Source: the human T2T-CHM13v2.0 reference genome, Homo sapiens. From it: 64,000 bases of DNA. Positions 34,868 to 49,360 of this stretch are shown in pieces. Position numbers and translations under genes: made by a program. How positions within the stretch are numbered: the stretch's first letter is position 1; the number at the start of each line of letters is the position of its first letter. Below the pieces are notes generated by a model. That model saw only the letters and a list, made by a program, of their open reading frames with translations, searched no databases and was not told the origin of the DNA. The stretch lies in NCBI RefSeq assembly GCF_009914755.1, contig NC_060926.1; one strand, 5' to 3'.

Positions 34868-35488
34868 TAATCAATTCTACTATAACTTGATATATGTGTT
34901 CCTAAAAATTATTGCACCATGCAAGATTGGGCAATAAAAACCGCAGGGTTTATGACGAATACAGGCTTAGGGCAACAGCTCTCAAAAACTTCATCAATGA
35001 CACATTTTTTAAAAAGATAAAAACCTAATAAAAAGGGCAGCACCGTTTTACACATGCTAAATGGTTAAGAGATACATAAATACTGCAGTAGAGATGGGAT
35101 TTTACCTCAAAGTGCAAAGGTAAATGAAATAAAGTTTTTTCAATGGAAGGCTTGCAGCTCTTGAGGACCTGCCAAATGGCAGAAGGACAGAGACCTGGAG
35201 CCCTATGGAAAGTTCTGACACCATGTGTGGAAGGACATGGCTTTTAACACGTGTGGTGACTGGAGGTAGGTGGTAGGTGCTTGAGGCTGGTGTGTGTGCG
35301 CCTTTTGTATATTCTCAAGCAGCTGGGGTCAGTTGGGCACCATTTTTCTGAACTTACTTTTGTGTTTCTTGCAGAGGAAATCACCAGGCACACACAAAAC
35401 CCACAAGGTATTCAAATTGTTCTGTAATATGTCAATCTGTCCGTACAAATTTGCAGTTTCAAAACAAGCGTTATAGCTGAACTGACTG
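34868..35488 (+). mobile_element. Tigger13a-like TcMar DNA transposon remnant overlapping GREB1 promoter and exon 1
   Basis: Degenerate TIRs (taatcaattctactataac ... gttatagctgaactgactg|TA); the left 230 bp resembles the recalled Tigger13a consensus. Confidence 0.7.
35100..35265 (+). other. GREB1: GREB1 main non-coding first exon (start approximate)
   Basis: Strong donor GAG|GTAGGT after 35265 and TATA-like CATAAATA at 35075-35082. The three EREs fall about 1.6, 9.5 and 21.2 kb upstream, matching the spacing known for the GREB1 promoter. Confidence 0.75.
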
Positions 35489-37970
35489 TATGTGGGAACA
35501 TCACTGCAACTCTTGCTGACCCTGTGTGCTGAAGTGGGGAGCGTGCGGCTTTCATACCCCCAGCCTTTCTGCACAGCTCTTCAGTTTACCTGGGGGCCCC
35601 TCAGCAGTAAAGCCAGATCAACAGGCTCACCCGTGAGAGCTCCTCTTGTGTGATTGTTGAGTGGCTCAGTGATTGGGTTGGTTGGGAAACAGAGTGTGGC
35701 CCTCAGTCTTCCTGAGGATGGTAATTAGAGGGGGATGTGTGCTTCTTCTTCACATATACCTGGTTGTTCTCTGATTGCTTTGGTGTCTTTTCTTCTGTTT
35801 CTTCTCCTGGATGTTGTTTTCATGTTTCCTTCCTTAAGTGCTACATGACCCTTGGATTTTCATGTGTGTTTAAGAGTGAGGCAGAGAAGGTTGACTGGGA
35901 GTGTTGTGTCCACAGGGGGCGCTGGTGTCTGGCAGGTGTCACTTTTGGGGTGCTCAGGACAGAATCAGCTGGCATTCTGGAGGCCTCTGAATGCCAGACT
36001 GTGCGTTAGCGGCTCTAGTTCTTGTTGGTTGATTCAATTTGTATCAGAAGAGCTTTCGGTATTTTTTGCCTGGGGTGAACGCCTGGCTCCTGGGAGATCT
36101 GCATGTGGCCCTGGGGTGGGAGGTAGAGGAGCTACCTGCTCTGTAGACAGGATTTCACAGAAGACCCCTGGTCCCAGCGCTGCTGTGCACTCCTCCCAAC
36201 ACTTGTCTGGCGTATCTGAGTCTCTGCATTTCCTCAGGGCCAGTTGGTCCCCCCAGGTATGCACCCTTCTCCTGTGTCAGCTCCACATTCCCTCTCTAGT
36301 CTGGCTTCTGGAAGTTTATGAAACCTGAACCTCTAGTTAGCTAATGGCATCCCTTCCATCTTTTCATCACTGTGGCTTAAAATACCTCACCCCACTTATT
36401 TATTTATTTATTTATTTATTTTTAATTCAGTATCTTTTGAAGGTCATCTCAGGAAGGGCCAGGTACCATGTTGAATTAGAAGTTAATTCTCATACCATAA
36501 TCTAAATGTCTGTTTCCATTAAACAGCATTTTTACAAGGAAAGGACTTTTCCTCTACTCTTCGAGTTTCCAGTGCCTGGCACACAGGATGACACTTAAAA
36601 AATAATAATAAATAAATAATAGAGAAATAAGGTGTGTGTTGATTGAAATACATTGATTGAGTTCTTTGGTTACTTCTAGGTCTGAGAGTCTAGGATTCGG
36701 TGATTCAAGGGGAGAGGCTGAGGAAAGTCTTTAACTAGATGGGAAGGCTTGGGTCCTTGGGTTTTCACGAGTATAGAAAAAGGTTGCATTAGCCCCACTT
36801 ACATGATTTGTTTTATCTTCCCCACTTCCTGACCGTGCCCACTAAATCTCTGAAATCTCTGGGCTGTCTACATTTTGCCTGGATATGGATGTCGGAATTG
36901 TTCATCTTCTTTCTTCTTGCTGCCCTGAACTCTTTTTTTTTTCCCTGTAAAATGCAAACACTACCTTGTAAATAAACTCTTATCAGATACCTTCTATTTC
37001 CTAGGCACTGTGATTGGCCAAGGGCGTACATCTGCATGTTCTCTGCTCTCCTGGGGATCCCAGGCAGCAGGGGAGAGAGGGAAGCACACAGATTAACCAT
37101 GGTCCTGGGAGACCACCGCAAGCCTGGAGCATACACAGGAGTGGTGGGGACACAAAGAGAATGCCCAGCTCAGTTTCGGGAGGTCAGAACCACCACACAA
37201 TTGAAGAGATGCTTGAACTGGGTCTTGAGGGATGAGGCAGCGGGAACACAGCATGTGCAGAGTCGGAGGTGTGACAGGATACGGAGGCACTGCTTGTGCC
37301 CCAGGCAGTCAGCAACCAGGCAGTGCCAGCAGCACCAACCCCGCATGATTTGTCCCAGTAAAGCTTTGTCTTCTCTAGTGATCTGGAAACCTCTCAGGGA
37401 AACATTTTGTAAAAGCCAAGCCATATTTATTTATTAATGGTGGTTATATAGTTTCTAGAGCATTTTGTTGGATAGGTAGAGACTTTTCTGCTTTTTGAAA
37501 GTTATCACTCCTAGCCATTGTGGCCAAAAAGAGAAAAATGCCAAAAAGTGCCAAACTGTGGCTATGATTGTCATGTTTAATGTGGAGAGGATTTGGCCAG
37601 GGGTAGAAGAGCATTATGTATAGAATAGAACAAAGAGATTTATGGCAAGAAGAGATACTGGCATTAAGCAAAGAATTGCAGATTTAAACTGAGAAGAGAG
37701 CCGCACAGCAGATGGAGTTAACACTGGAGGTGAGCTCTCTCCTCTTTAGGTACCTCATTGCTATTTTCACATCAAAAGCCTATTTTTGACAGTAATTAGA
37801 AAGCATAGTGGGTTCAAAGTCATTGCAATTCACACCTAATGAAGGCAAACTTTGCTAATTTTCTCCTCATAATAGTAAGTTACATCAATTTTAAAAGTTA
37901 GCAATTTACAGCACAGTTGAAAGAAGCATGTTTTAAAAAACCTTGAATTCTTAGAGGCAAGTACCATAGA

Positions 37971-38279
37971 TATTTTCTTTTTTTTTATTTTTCTTTGAGA
38001 TGGAGTTTCACTCTTGTCGCCCAGGCTGGAGTGCAGTGTTGGAATTGTGGCTCATTGCAACCTCCTCCTCCTGGGTTCAAGAGATTCTCCTGCCTCATCC
38101 TCCCAAGTAACTGAGATTACAGGCACCCGCCACCGCGCCTGGCTGATTTTTGCATTTTTTAGTAGACATGGGGTTTCACCATGTTGGCTAGGCTGGGATT
38201 GAACTCCTGACCACAGGTGATTTGCCTGCCTTGGCTTCCCAAAGTCCTGGGATAACAGTCGTGAGCCACCGCGCCGGCC
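37971..38279 (-). mobile_element. AluS
   Basis: Alu consensus; TSD ga(t/c)attttcttt. Confidence 0.9.
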
Positions 38280-38384
38280 GACATTTTCTTTCAGTCCCTT
38301 TTACACATTTAATTTATTTATTCACAGGTGGCAAGCTTCATATTGGTAAGAATTGTTACTATTATCCTGGCATGTATAATATTA

Positions 38385-38590
38385 TATATGTGCCAGGTAC
38401 CATGCTAAGCACCCTATACATACTAATTATTAAATCCACACAACTCTAAGAAGCAAGTACTTTTCTCCCATTTTTCAGTTGGGGAAACTGAGGCACATAA
38501 AGGTTAAGTAACTTGCTCAAGGTCTAATATCCAGTAAGTGAAGATTCAAACCCAAACCTGGCTCCAGAGCCCATCATCTTAAAAACTCTA
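38385..38590 (-). mobile_element. MIR (representative; other MIR-like remnants near 12.3, 15.3, 21.9, 27.4, 33.9, 34.4, 44.4, 46.7 and 61.1 kb)
   Basis: MIR core ggaaactgaggcaca...ggttaagtaacttgctcaaggtc. Confidence 0.75.
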
Positions 38591-38615
38591 CTGCTTAAAC
38601 TCTCTTCCCTTCTCT

Positions 38616-38845
38616 AAAAATATAATAAATAGTATATACTATTTTAACATGTTATAAGTTTATATATTATATAAAAATATAAAAATATTTTATATATTAT
38701 ATATTACATAAATATCATATATTAGATAAATATATGATATTTATATAATATATAATAATATATAAATTTTATATATTTATAAATAAAATATACTATTTTA
38801 ACATAAAATACATACATGTATTTTAATATATATGATCTCATATAT
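38616..38845. repeat. AT-rich low-complexity tract
   Basis: Almost pure A/T, TA-rich. Confidence 0.9.
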
Positions 38846-39408
38846 AAGAATTTAAAATTATCCGCAGGATCTACCTATCTTTCTATACAGTAAATGTATC
38901 TTGCTGAATGTTGTATCCTAAGTGTGTCTGCATCATTGACAAACTCTTCATGCACATAGCTTTTATGCATTTATTGCAGGCTGTGTTAAGTATGCATTTT
39001 TTGCTGGGTATTTTGTTAGTTTCCAGTTTCCCACCGTCACACACGGTGCCCTGAGTGGCAGAAGGCACGGGGCACTCCACGTACAGACCGCGTACAGTGT
39101 GCCTCCCCAACGAGTAAAGCCCTGGCACTAGGGATGCTTCAGAGCTGCAGATGCTCGCTCGGGCAGAACCTCCAGCGGGTGCCACCCCTGCCTGGCGATG
39201 AAGGTGCAGGGATGGGTGGGGTCTCCACTGCCCTTTCTAGGGAGGCACTGCCCAGCCTGGGAACGAAGAAGCCCACCACACAAGTTCTACCCTTTAGCGC
39301 CTGGCAATTTTGGGGACTGAGCCCAGGAACAGCTGGGAACTCTCCTCCCTGACTGGGGCACCAAGAGGAGTAATCCACCTCTTTAACCTTTTTTTTACAA
39401 AAGATAAA

Positions 39409-39417
39409 TGACCTTGA
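39409..39417 (-). promoter_or_regulatory. ERR/NR5A-type extended half site TCAAGGTCA next to a GATA motif
   Basis: TGACCTTGA at 39409-39417 and AGATAA at 39402-39407. Motif match only. Confidence 0.35.
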
Positions 39418-39550
39418 ACCCTCTGGGTCATATTCAAGTCACTTTTGCAGGAAGTTAGTGATCCTAGCAAGAAGAGAAAAAGCAAAGTTAAAGGTATTTG
39501 CACAATTGGAGTGGGCTCTCATGATTTATTTTCTTTCCTTTTTGAATTAG

Positions 39551-40304
<754 letters not shown>

Positions 40305-40799
40305 AATAGCTGGTGTTTTCTTGAAGATTTCCTGGGCCTCTCCAGGGGGTTTTTGTTGTTGGGGCATGTTCCATGGTATTCACAGCAGAGTTGTTTGAAG
40401 GGGCACGTGCTCGCTTATGTGGCTTAGGTCCACGCTACCTGTAGTCCTTCGGAGGCAAGCCAGGCTGCCAGCTGACTGTCTTCCACCACAAAGCCTGTGT
40501 TCTTCTCCTGACCCTTTGTTCTTTGCACAGCGTACTGTGGCTCCAGTCCAAGTACACAAACTTCCATGTAGTTTAAAAAGAATCAGTTTAACTGTTGGTG
40601 GTTAGACAGATTGGTATGTACCTGTGTGGAGAGCACTGTGACCCAGCAAAACACTTCAGGGCTAAGAAGACACGAAACGGTGGCATTTGCCATCTGACCC
40701 GGCAGGCGCTGGGGCAGATGAAGCTCCAGTTGGAAGGGCTACTGCTGAATTTTTTTTTTTTTTTTTTTTTTTGGTTGTTGTTGTAGCTCTGGGAGCAGA

Positions 40800-41063
40800 T
40801 ACTAGCTCTGAAACTTTTCCCCTGGCTGGCTTGGCTGCCTCTCCCTGCCGGGCAGGGGCCAGGAAGCCTGGGTGTCAGGCAGACCCGAGCCAGGCTCTGC
40901 ACAGCAGGGCATTACGCGCCCCACGCATCCTCTTCCATCCCCAGGCACAGATCAAAGGCGCAGCCCAGGAGGCGGGAGCCCCTGCACACTTTCCACCTCT
41001 GCTGGGCTTAGCCTCTTGGCTGGTTGGTCTGTGGAGTGCCTGAAGTGACCAGCTTTTTGTAAG
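40800..41063 (+). other. GREB1: Candidate alternative non-coding first exon of GREB1 (GC/CpG-enriched)
   Basis: Local CpG/GC enrichment ending at candidate donors TTT|GTAAGG (41059) or AAG|GTACGG (41064). GREB1 is known to have several first exons; limits uncertain. Confidence 0.45.
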
Positions 41064-41559
41064 GTACGGTTTATTTGACTTTGCAAGCGAGCACCTGCTT
41101 TGGGGGTTGGAGAGGTTTGTGTTGACTTACGAAGACAGCTGTGGCCTGTGTTCAGCAGAATAATGGCAAAGCATTGGCCCTTCTAATAAGGTGCAGGGGA
41201 GCAGTAAACCGAGACAAGTCCACTTAATGAATGGGTGTCCTTATTTTTATTGTTTGAAATGATATCCAAAGGGATTGCAGATAATTAGTTTGTGTTCTTA
41301 TGAATGATAGGCTAAGGAGATTCAAAACACTGCTTGGGCCCTGCCTGGTTGGTTCCAGAGAGAAGGTTTTCAGTGGTTTCTGCTTCCCTGGCTTTATTCT
41401 GAAGGTCCTTCTCTTCCATTCAGTTCTTACTGCAATCGGAGGGGACATAGCTGATGGCTCTGTAGTTCCATTTGAGAGCACTTAAAGATATTCTCCAAAG
41501 AAACACTCTCTGACATTCTGTGCACAGATGTAGAGCAGCTCGGGGCTGAGCTGTGGCTG

Positions 41560-41632
41560 TGGGCCAGGCAGTCTGAGTTGGAGAGACAAACAAATTAGAC
41601 ACCAGTCGCCTCTCAGCCCAGCTTTTCTCCCT
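41560..41632 (-). ncRNA. MIR4429: MIR4429 hairpin (mature about 41607-41626)
   Basis: Reverse complement reads AGGGAG-AAAAGCUGGGCUGAGAGGCG-ACUGG...GGCCCA, matching recalled miR-4429 (miR-320-type seed). Confidence 0.85.
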
Positions 41633-43649
41633 TCAGTAACACCTGTGGAGTTTATGAGTTCCTCTAGGGAAAATCGGAGAAATCTACATGAGAATGATGT
41701 CTTGTTTCCTGCTGGGAGGACCGTCAGAGTTTATAGGAGACCATCCTGCAGTCTCAATGCGTTTATTGCCGTGTCATATATTGGGGGCTGACTATTGCCA
41801 CATTACTGGAGCACCCCATTCCCATCCTTCCTCAGCTGTTGAAAGTGAGACAGGTTGAGGACGCAGTCCTGAGAGTGTTGCTTTTTTCAAGTCTTGTTTT
41901 CTCAAACTTTGGACTCACCAGAAGTAAGTCACCATGCTTCTGTGTTGGCTGGGGAATTCTTCCAGTTAGAATTTAGTTGTAGGGAAGTTAGAAGAGGAGG
42001 GAGCATGGGTCAGTGATGTCTGGAATTTGGGGTGTTCTAGTGAGATTTGGGGTGGGGTCATGTCCCTGTGGCTGGCCAGGGTAGTGGCCCTGAAGGGCCA
42101 GGTTGGCAGGGCTTCTAGGAGAAGGCCATCTCCCAGAAGGAGATGGAACCCCAGGTGGGAGGGTATGTGGTGTGTTTTGGATGTGATTCAGAATGGAGGC
42201 AGTGAGGCAGAAAGGGAAGGGAAAGGGAGGCCGGGCAGGAAGCCAGGGTTGGGGTTTTGCTCTTGTAGACTTGACTCCAGACCATGGCCCTTCCTTCTCT
42301 GCCATGGATCCTTCTGGAGGAGAGGGTATCACACCGCTTGAGGCTCTGTGCACAGGCGGGTTCTGTGGGCATCCGCGAGTGAGTGGATGGCAAGCGAGGG
42401 GGGGGGCATGGGGATCGGAACACTTGGCATCGTGACCTCTCAGCTCTCTCTTCAGACCCCCATGCACTACTCTTCTCTATGACAGTGAGACCACCACTGC
42501 CTCCGACTCTTTCCAAAGCCCGAGGTCAGCTAGGCTCCTCGTGCTACTCACCCTGCACAGAGGCAGTCTTTAGTCCTCTTTGAGTCTTGGTCTATTGCAG
42601 TATCCTCCTAGAAGCCTTCCTTAGGAAGCCGCAGGAATCTCAAACACAGCCTCATCAGCCCTGCCTAACTCCTTTGGTGGCTTGACGTGGTTAATTTCAA
42701 ACACCTTAGCAGGGCTTAGGCTGAACGGGCCCCTCGTTGCCCTCCTACCCCCTGTCCCTGCATACACCTCATGCTGGAAGGACCTGTGTTGCCCAGGCAC
42801 ACAATAGGTGTCTCGCCCTTGGGTCAAGCCGATGCCTTGTATACATTCTGCCTGGAAAGCCCCTTCTTTTCAGACAGCAAACCTGTACTCAACTTTGATG
42901 ACTGAGCCTTCCATGAGGCCCGCCAAGACTGACCTGATAGAATTTTCCATTCCCTTCTCTGTTTCCCTCCAGGCCTTCTTGCCCCCATCTCTTCTATTTT
43001 GCATTACACTGCTGACCTGCACTTCCTGTGTCTCGGTGAGGTTCTTCAGGGCAGGAACTGTGTCTAGTTCAGTTTCACCCTTAGCAACAAGTGGTAATGA
43101 AATATTTCTGCCAAGGATCCAATTCAGATTATGTAAGCATTTACCTTTGTTTAAGGCAAAATCCTGATTCTGGAAGAGGAAAGTTCTTTGCTTCTCACAG
43201 GGCAGGCATAGAACAGGCCAGAAGCTGTCCATGTGTGGCTTGGGAGAGACCTGGCTATCTGTACTTGAGCCCTGAGACCCCGAAGGCCCCCGGCTGCATC
43301 TGCTCTTGGAGCTTGGGGTGGCCTGGGTGGTGGTCGAGTAGGATCTGCAGCGTGGGATCATCGGCAGAGTCAATGCCATTCCCTTGCAGATCCACTCTCC
43401 CGTAAGAAACTGTTCTGGGCTCTGAGAGGAACGAGGGGAAGAGGGGAGATGGGTGAGCTTCCTTGCTGCATTTAGCAACTCAGTCCCTGGGGGAGGTGTA
43501 GACACTGACACACTCCCTGTGGCCCCAGGGAGAACAAACCCAGAGCCCAGTGAGGGTGCAGTATGAGCAAAGTGCTGGGGCGGGGGGGAGGGCAGAAGAG
43601 GGAGCAGTTGATTTTGGCTTAAGTGTAAACTGAAGAGAGAACAGACACG

Positions 43650-43771
43650 GGGCGGCTGAGCAGCAGTGTGTTCATGGAGAAAGAATCAAAGCGCACATCT
43701 TGTACTTTGATGCCCATAGGAAGGGCTCTCCTCTGGCCCCTCTGGCTTTGTTTGGAGCAGAAAACAACAAA
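43650..43771 (+). other. GREB1: Candidate alternative non-coding first exon of GREB1
   Basis: Consensus donor AAA|GTGAGT after 43771, downstream of a G-rich GC-box-like tract (43577-43592); start approximate. Confidence 0.45.
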
Positions 43772-45158
43772 GTGAGTTCAGGTAATACCTGGGGCAGTGG
43801 GAATTAGCTAATTAGTTTTCTGGAATTCTAACAGCGGTGGCATCCCAGGGGCCTAAATTAAAGCCGCAGATGTGTTTATTTGGTACACCTGGGGCTTTAA
43901 AGGCTAATCCAAATGCTTTCAGACAGGACCTCAGTCTATTTCTTGACAATCCTCTCTGTAACCTTAAGCATGTGGTCTTCCTTTTCCTCGTCTACTGTCT
44001 CTTTTTAGGGGTTGTTTTCTGGGGACCTGCAGTGTTCCGGGCACCATGGGAAGTAAAGAGGTGACTGGAATAGTCCCTGCTGTCAAAGCCCTTCAAGTTT
44101 AGTTGGGAAGCTGGCAGAAGGGGGGATAAGAGACTAAATGATATATTATCTACTCAGAGAGGCACGTTTCAATAGGTGTACTCCTAAGGAAGCCAGAAGT
44201 TTAATTAATTCCATTGGATAAACTACTCTGTGATAGTGAATAAAATTAAGTCAAGCTTAAGACTTAAAATTAAGTCTCTAGTTAACATCTAGAAATTAGA
44301 ATTATGGGCAGTTAATTCCAATTTTAGAGAGGAAACTGGAACTTATTAACATCTATTTTATGCCAACTGCCCTGCATGTTAATTTAGTCCTCACTACAGC
44401 CGTGTAAGGTGGTTCTTAGTATCTCCATTTTATAAAAGAGGAAATGGAGGTTCAGAGAGGTTAGGTAACTTGCCCAAGGTCACACAGCTTGAAAGCAGCA
44501 TAACCATGAATCAAGCCCCTGGTGGTCTTATTGAAAAGTGAATGCTTTTACCACTATAGCAGACAGATTATGAACACTTTGCAAAGCCCAAGTTTGAGAA
44601 TTTTTTTGACATTGGTGAAGTTCAATGATAATGAGTTTATTATCTCATAACTTGAAGAGACCTGTAAGACCTTCTCTATGAGTCCTGCTGGTTTTGATCT
44701 AGCTGGATGTTGCAACTGGGAACCCAAGAGCGCTGTGTTCTCAGCACCTCGTGGGCCTCGGTGTCCATGTTCGTGTGCAGGGGTGTTGAACCTCTGATGT
44801 GTGCTGCTGGGTGGTGTGAAGAAATGGGTATTGAGGCCCGTCTGTGAATGGACCGGGGAGTGGGGAGGAGTTGGGTCTGAAGGGTAGGCAGTACACGGAA
44901 GCTGTGGCTTTATTTTTCTGAGCAAAATGATGAGTGTACAGCACCCAGGAGCACCCAGAGCCAAGTGTTATCTTAGGAAGTGAGTTCCAGCCCATTCTGG
45001 GACTCAGCGCTGTTGTTGACAGATGGAGGCTTCATTTAGACAGAGGTGCCTCATTGCATGATTGGTAACAGGTGGAGTGAAGGGACCTCAGAGAGGAGTA
45101 GGAAAATCATTCAGACCCCGATTTTAGTTGGATGCTTAACCCTTCTAGTCTGAGAGCC

Positions 45159-45469
<311 letters not shown>

Positions 45470-45774
45470 GAGCCTTTTAAGAGAAATCCATTTTTCACCT
45501 GTGGGCAAACTTTTGGCTGTTCTATTCTAAGGAGGGAAGAGGAGGGGAGGGGTCGCTCTAAGGAGAGGCCAGGGCAAGAATGTTTTCCTTGGAATGGGCT
45601 GGAGCCAGAAGGCTCCTGCTCTCATCCCCAGGGAAGGGCCCATGGTGCTGAGGGTGCAGGTGGAGGAGCCAACGCTGGCTGCCTGTCTGTCCTGCCCCCC
45701 TGTTTGCCTGCTCACCTCCACGCAGGAGATGGGTCTGCAGGCCACATTCTTAGAATGCTCTTGGGTTTGTTTGT

Positions 45775-46111
<337 letters not shown>

Positions 46112-46124
46112 TGAGGCTAAAAAA

Positions 46125-46385
46125 TGTGTCCCGGGCTGGAGGGCAATGGCACGATCTCGCTCACTGCAACCTTCGCCTCCCAGGTTCAAGCGATTCTCCT
46201 GCCTCAGCCTCCGAGTAGCTAGGATTACAGGCACCCGCCACCTCACCTGGCTGATTTTTGTATTTTAGCAGAGACGGGTTGCATCATGTTGGCCAGGCTG
46301 GTCTCGAATCTCCTGACTCAGGTGATCCACCTGCCTCAGCCTCCCAAAGTGCTGGGACTACAGGCATGAGCCACTGCACCCGGCC
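46125..46385 (-). mobile_element. Tailless Alu, apparent inverted copy of the Alu at 50892
   Basis: No A-tail or TSD; shares private indels and 5' flank with the 50892 Alu. Confidence 0.88.
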
Positions 46386-46740
46386 GATCAGCAACTTTCT
46401 ATGGCAGCTCCCCTTTTGGCAAAGCACCATGACAAAAGAACCCAAGGCAATCCTTTTCCTAACCCAAAGTTTGGAGCATGGCTGGACAAGTGAACACCAT
46501 TTTTAAAAAGCAACTTAAAAACAATGCATCCTTTTCTGAAGGAAAAGGGATTAATCTTCCCAATGAATCTTTGCTTTCAGTAAAGCATACTGAGGGCCAT
46601 CATTGGACATTCTAAAATTGTTCCAAATGTGTGACCTTGGACAAGTCACTTGAATGTCACCCAGCCTCAATTTCCTAATGTGTAAAATGAGAACCACGTT
46701 ACCTAAGTTTTAGGACTGTGATGAAGATGAAGTAAGGTTA

Positions 46741-47204
<464 letters not shown>

Positions 47205-47897
47205 TCATCTGCAAAACCAAGACAATAATACTTTTGTCATTGAGCTGTTGGAAGAAAATTTCCTGGCACATAGTATACAGGAAAGAAATATTGGTTTTCT
47301 TATTCCATTCATACTCTCTTTCAGTAAATAAATACACACATATATATGTATACAACATATGTCCTTACTGATTTATAAGAACATGGACCACATGTTTTTA
47401 TATGCTTATATGTGGTTTATGCATGCATGGACCACAGTATATATTATTTGCCTTATAAAATATATACATACATACTTGAAGTGAATAGGTAGATGAGCTA
47501 TAAACTGAAGTTTTGGTATTTTTTATGTGCTCACTTGGAATACAATGTTGTAACATACAAGCTCTGTAATAGGGACTTTACAAACTTTCTCAAGTGGTTC
47601 TGGGAGAATAGGTAGAACCTGTTCTTGAAATAATTGCAGGACTTTCTTGGCTCCCAGCATGATGAAAACCCTGCTCTGCTCAGGAGCGCATCTCGCTTTT
47701 CGTGTGAATGCAGGCTTAGTCTCCTTAGGCCAAGTCTCTAGTGCTGTCCTTTAGAACTTTAGAGGAATGCCTTAACTTTCTATAAAATCAGGAAGTGTCT
47801 TGTCACTACTAGAAATGGCACCAGAAAGTAATGATAATACAGATTTATAACTCTGAAAGTGAGGATGTCTGAGAATTTTACATTCTGCTAGTTTAAA

Positions 47898-48195
47898 CTT
47901 TTTTTTTTTTTTTTTTGAGATGGCTTCTCACCCTGTTGCCCAGGCTGGATTGCAATGGCGCAATCTCGGCTCACGCAATCTCTGCCTCCTGGGCTCAAGT
48001 GATTCTCCTGCCTCGGCCTCCCGAGTAGCTGGGATTACAGGTGTGCCACCACGCCCAGCTATGTTTTGTATTTTTAGTACAGATGGGGTTTCACCATGTT
48101 GGCCAGGGCGATGTCGAACTCCTGACCTCAAGTGATCCGCCTGCCTCGGCCTCCCAAAGTGCTGGGATTACAGGCATGAGCCACCGTGCTCGGCT
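47898..48195 (-). mobile_element. AluS
   Basis: Alu consensus; TSD tgctagtttaaa. Confidence 0.92.
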
Positions 48196-48852
48196 GTGCT
48201 AGTTTAAATTTCTTAACACTACTTTTCATGGAAGAGATTCTTTGGAGATCGGCTTTTAATTCCAGACCAGGCACTAGCTGTGTGTCTTCAGACAGGTCCA
48301 ACCTTTCCAAGCCTTATTTTCTTAGTTTCTTCGTATGGGATAAAAGTAGGGAGAGAAATATCTAGAAGACAGGGTTGTTGGCAGGATGAAATTAGATAAT
48401 TCTTCACACGTGTCCTTCCTTTAATATTGGTCTGCAGTCTACCATGATCTTCAGCTTCTCTTCTACTGAGATTCCTTATAATGCCTGTCATTCTATTCTT
48501 CCCTGCCTTTCATTTATTTTTAAAATGTAATCATCGTTTTTCAAAAATTATAAATATACACACAGTCTAAAAGTTAAATTATAAGCTTTAAAATGAAAAA
48601 TGAAAATGAAAAACCTATTTCTATCCCAATTCCTGCTTCCTAGAGACAACCATTTTTAAATTGACGAAATTTAAAACCATTTTTAAATTCTTTCCTTTTT
48701 TTCTTCTTCTCTGGAATTACCTCTTTATTTCCAAATAACAACTGGTGTTGCAATTTATTGTTTGTGTCTAGGCCATCTTTTCATTCTTACTGTAGAATAT
48801 GAGAATTTAGCTTTCTTATAGCTCTTTCCTTCTACCCCAAGAACACACTGTT

Positions 48853-49143
48853 AGCTGGGTGCAGTGGCTCACTCCTGTAATCCAAGTGCTTTGGGAGGCC
48901 GAGGCGGTAGAATTTCTTGAGCCGAGGAGTTTGAGACCAGCCTGGGCAACCTAGCAAGACCTCTGTCCTTACCAAAAAAAGCTATCTGGGCATGGTGGCA
49001 TGTTCCTATAGTCCTAGCTACTCAGGAGGCTGAGGTGGGAGGATTACTTGAGCCCAGGAGTTGAGGCTACAGTGAGCTGTGACTGCACCACTGCACTACA
49101 GCTGGGCAACAGAGCAAGACCCTGTCTCCAAAAAAAAAAAAAC
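48853..49143 (+). mobile_element. AluJ-like
   Basis: Alu consensus, J-type. Confidence 0.88.
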
Positions 49144-49144
49144 C

Positions 49145-49360
49145 CACCACACATTCTCACATGCACACAGCCAGACATGTGCACACATGTGCACATACCC
49201 AAACATATGTGCACACACATGTACAGCCAGACACATGCACACACATGTGCACATACCCACATATGCACACACACGCACACACCCAGACACGTGCACACAT
49301 GCATATACCCCAACACAGATGCACACACATACACACACCCACATACATACACATACACAT
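49145..49360. repeat. Degenerate (CA)n/CACATG repeat
   Basis: Alternating purine-pyrimidine tract after the Alu tail. Confidence 0.9.

Noticed and set aside
42870-43511. 213-aa minus-strand ORF
   Set aside because: Non-ATG start, no recognisable domain, partly L2-like sequence; probably a chance ORF.
44241-44276. Small nested direct/inverted repeat (ttaagtc / gacttaa / ttaagtc)
   Set aside because: Short and AT-rich; likely a local slippage or hairpin duplication with no evidence of function.
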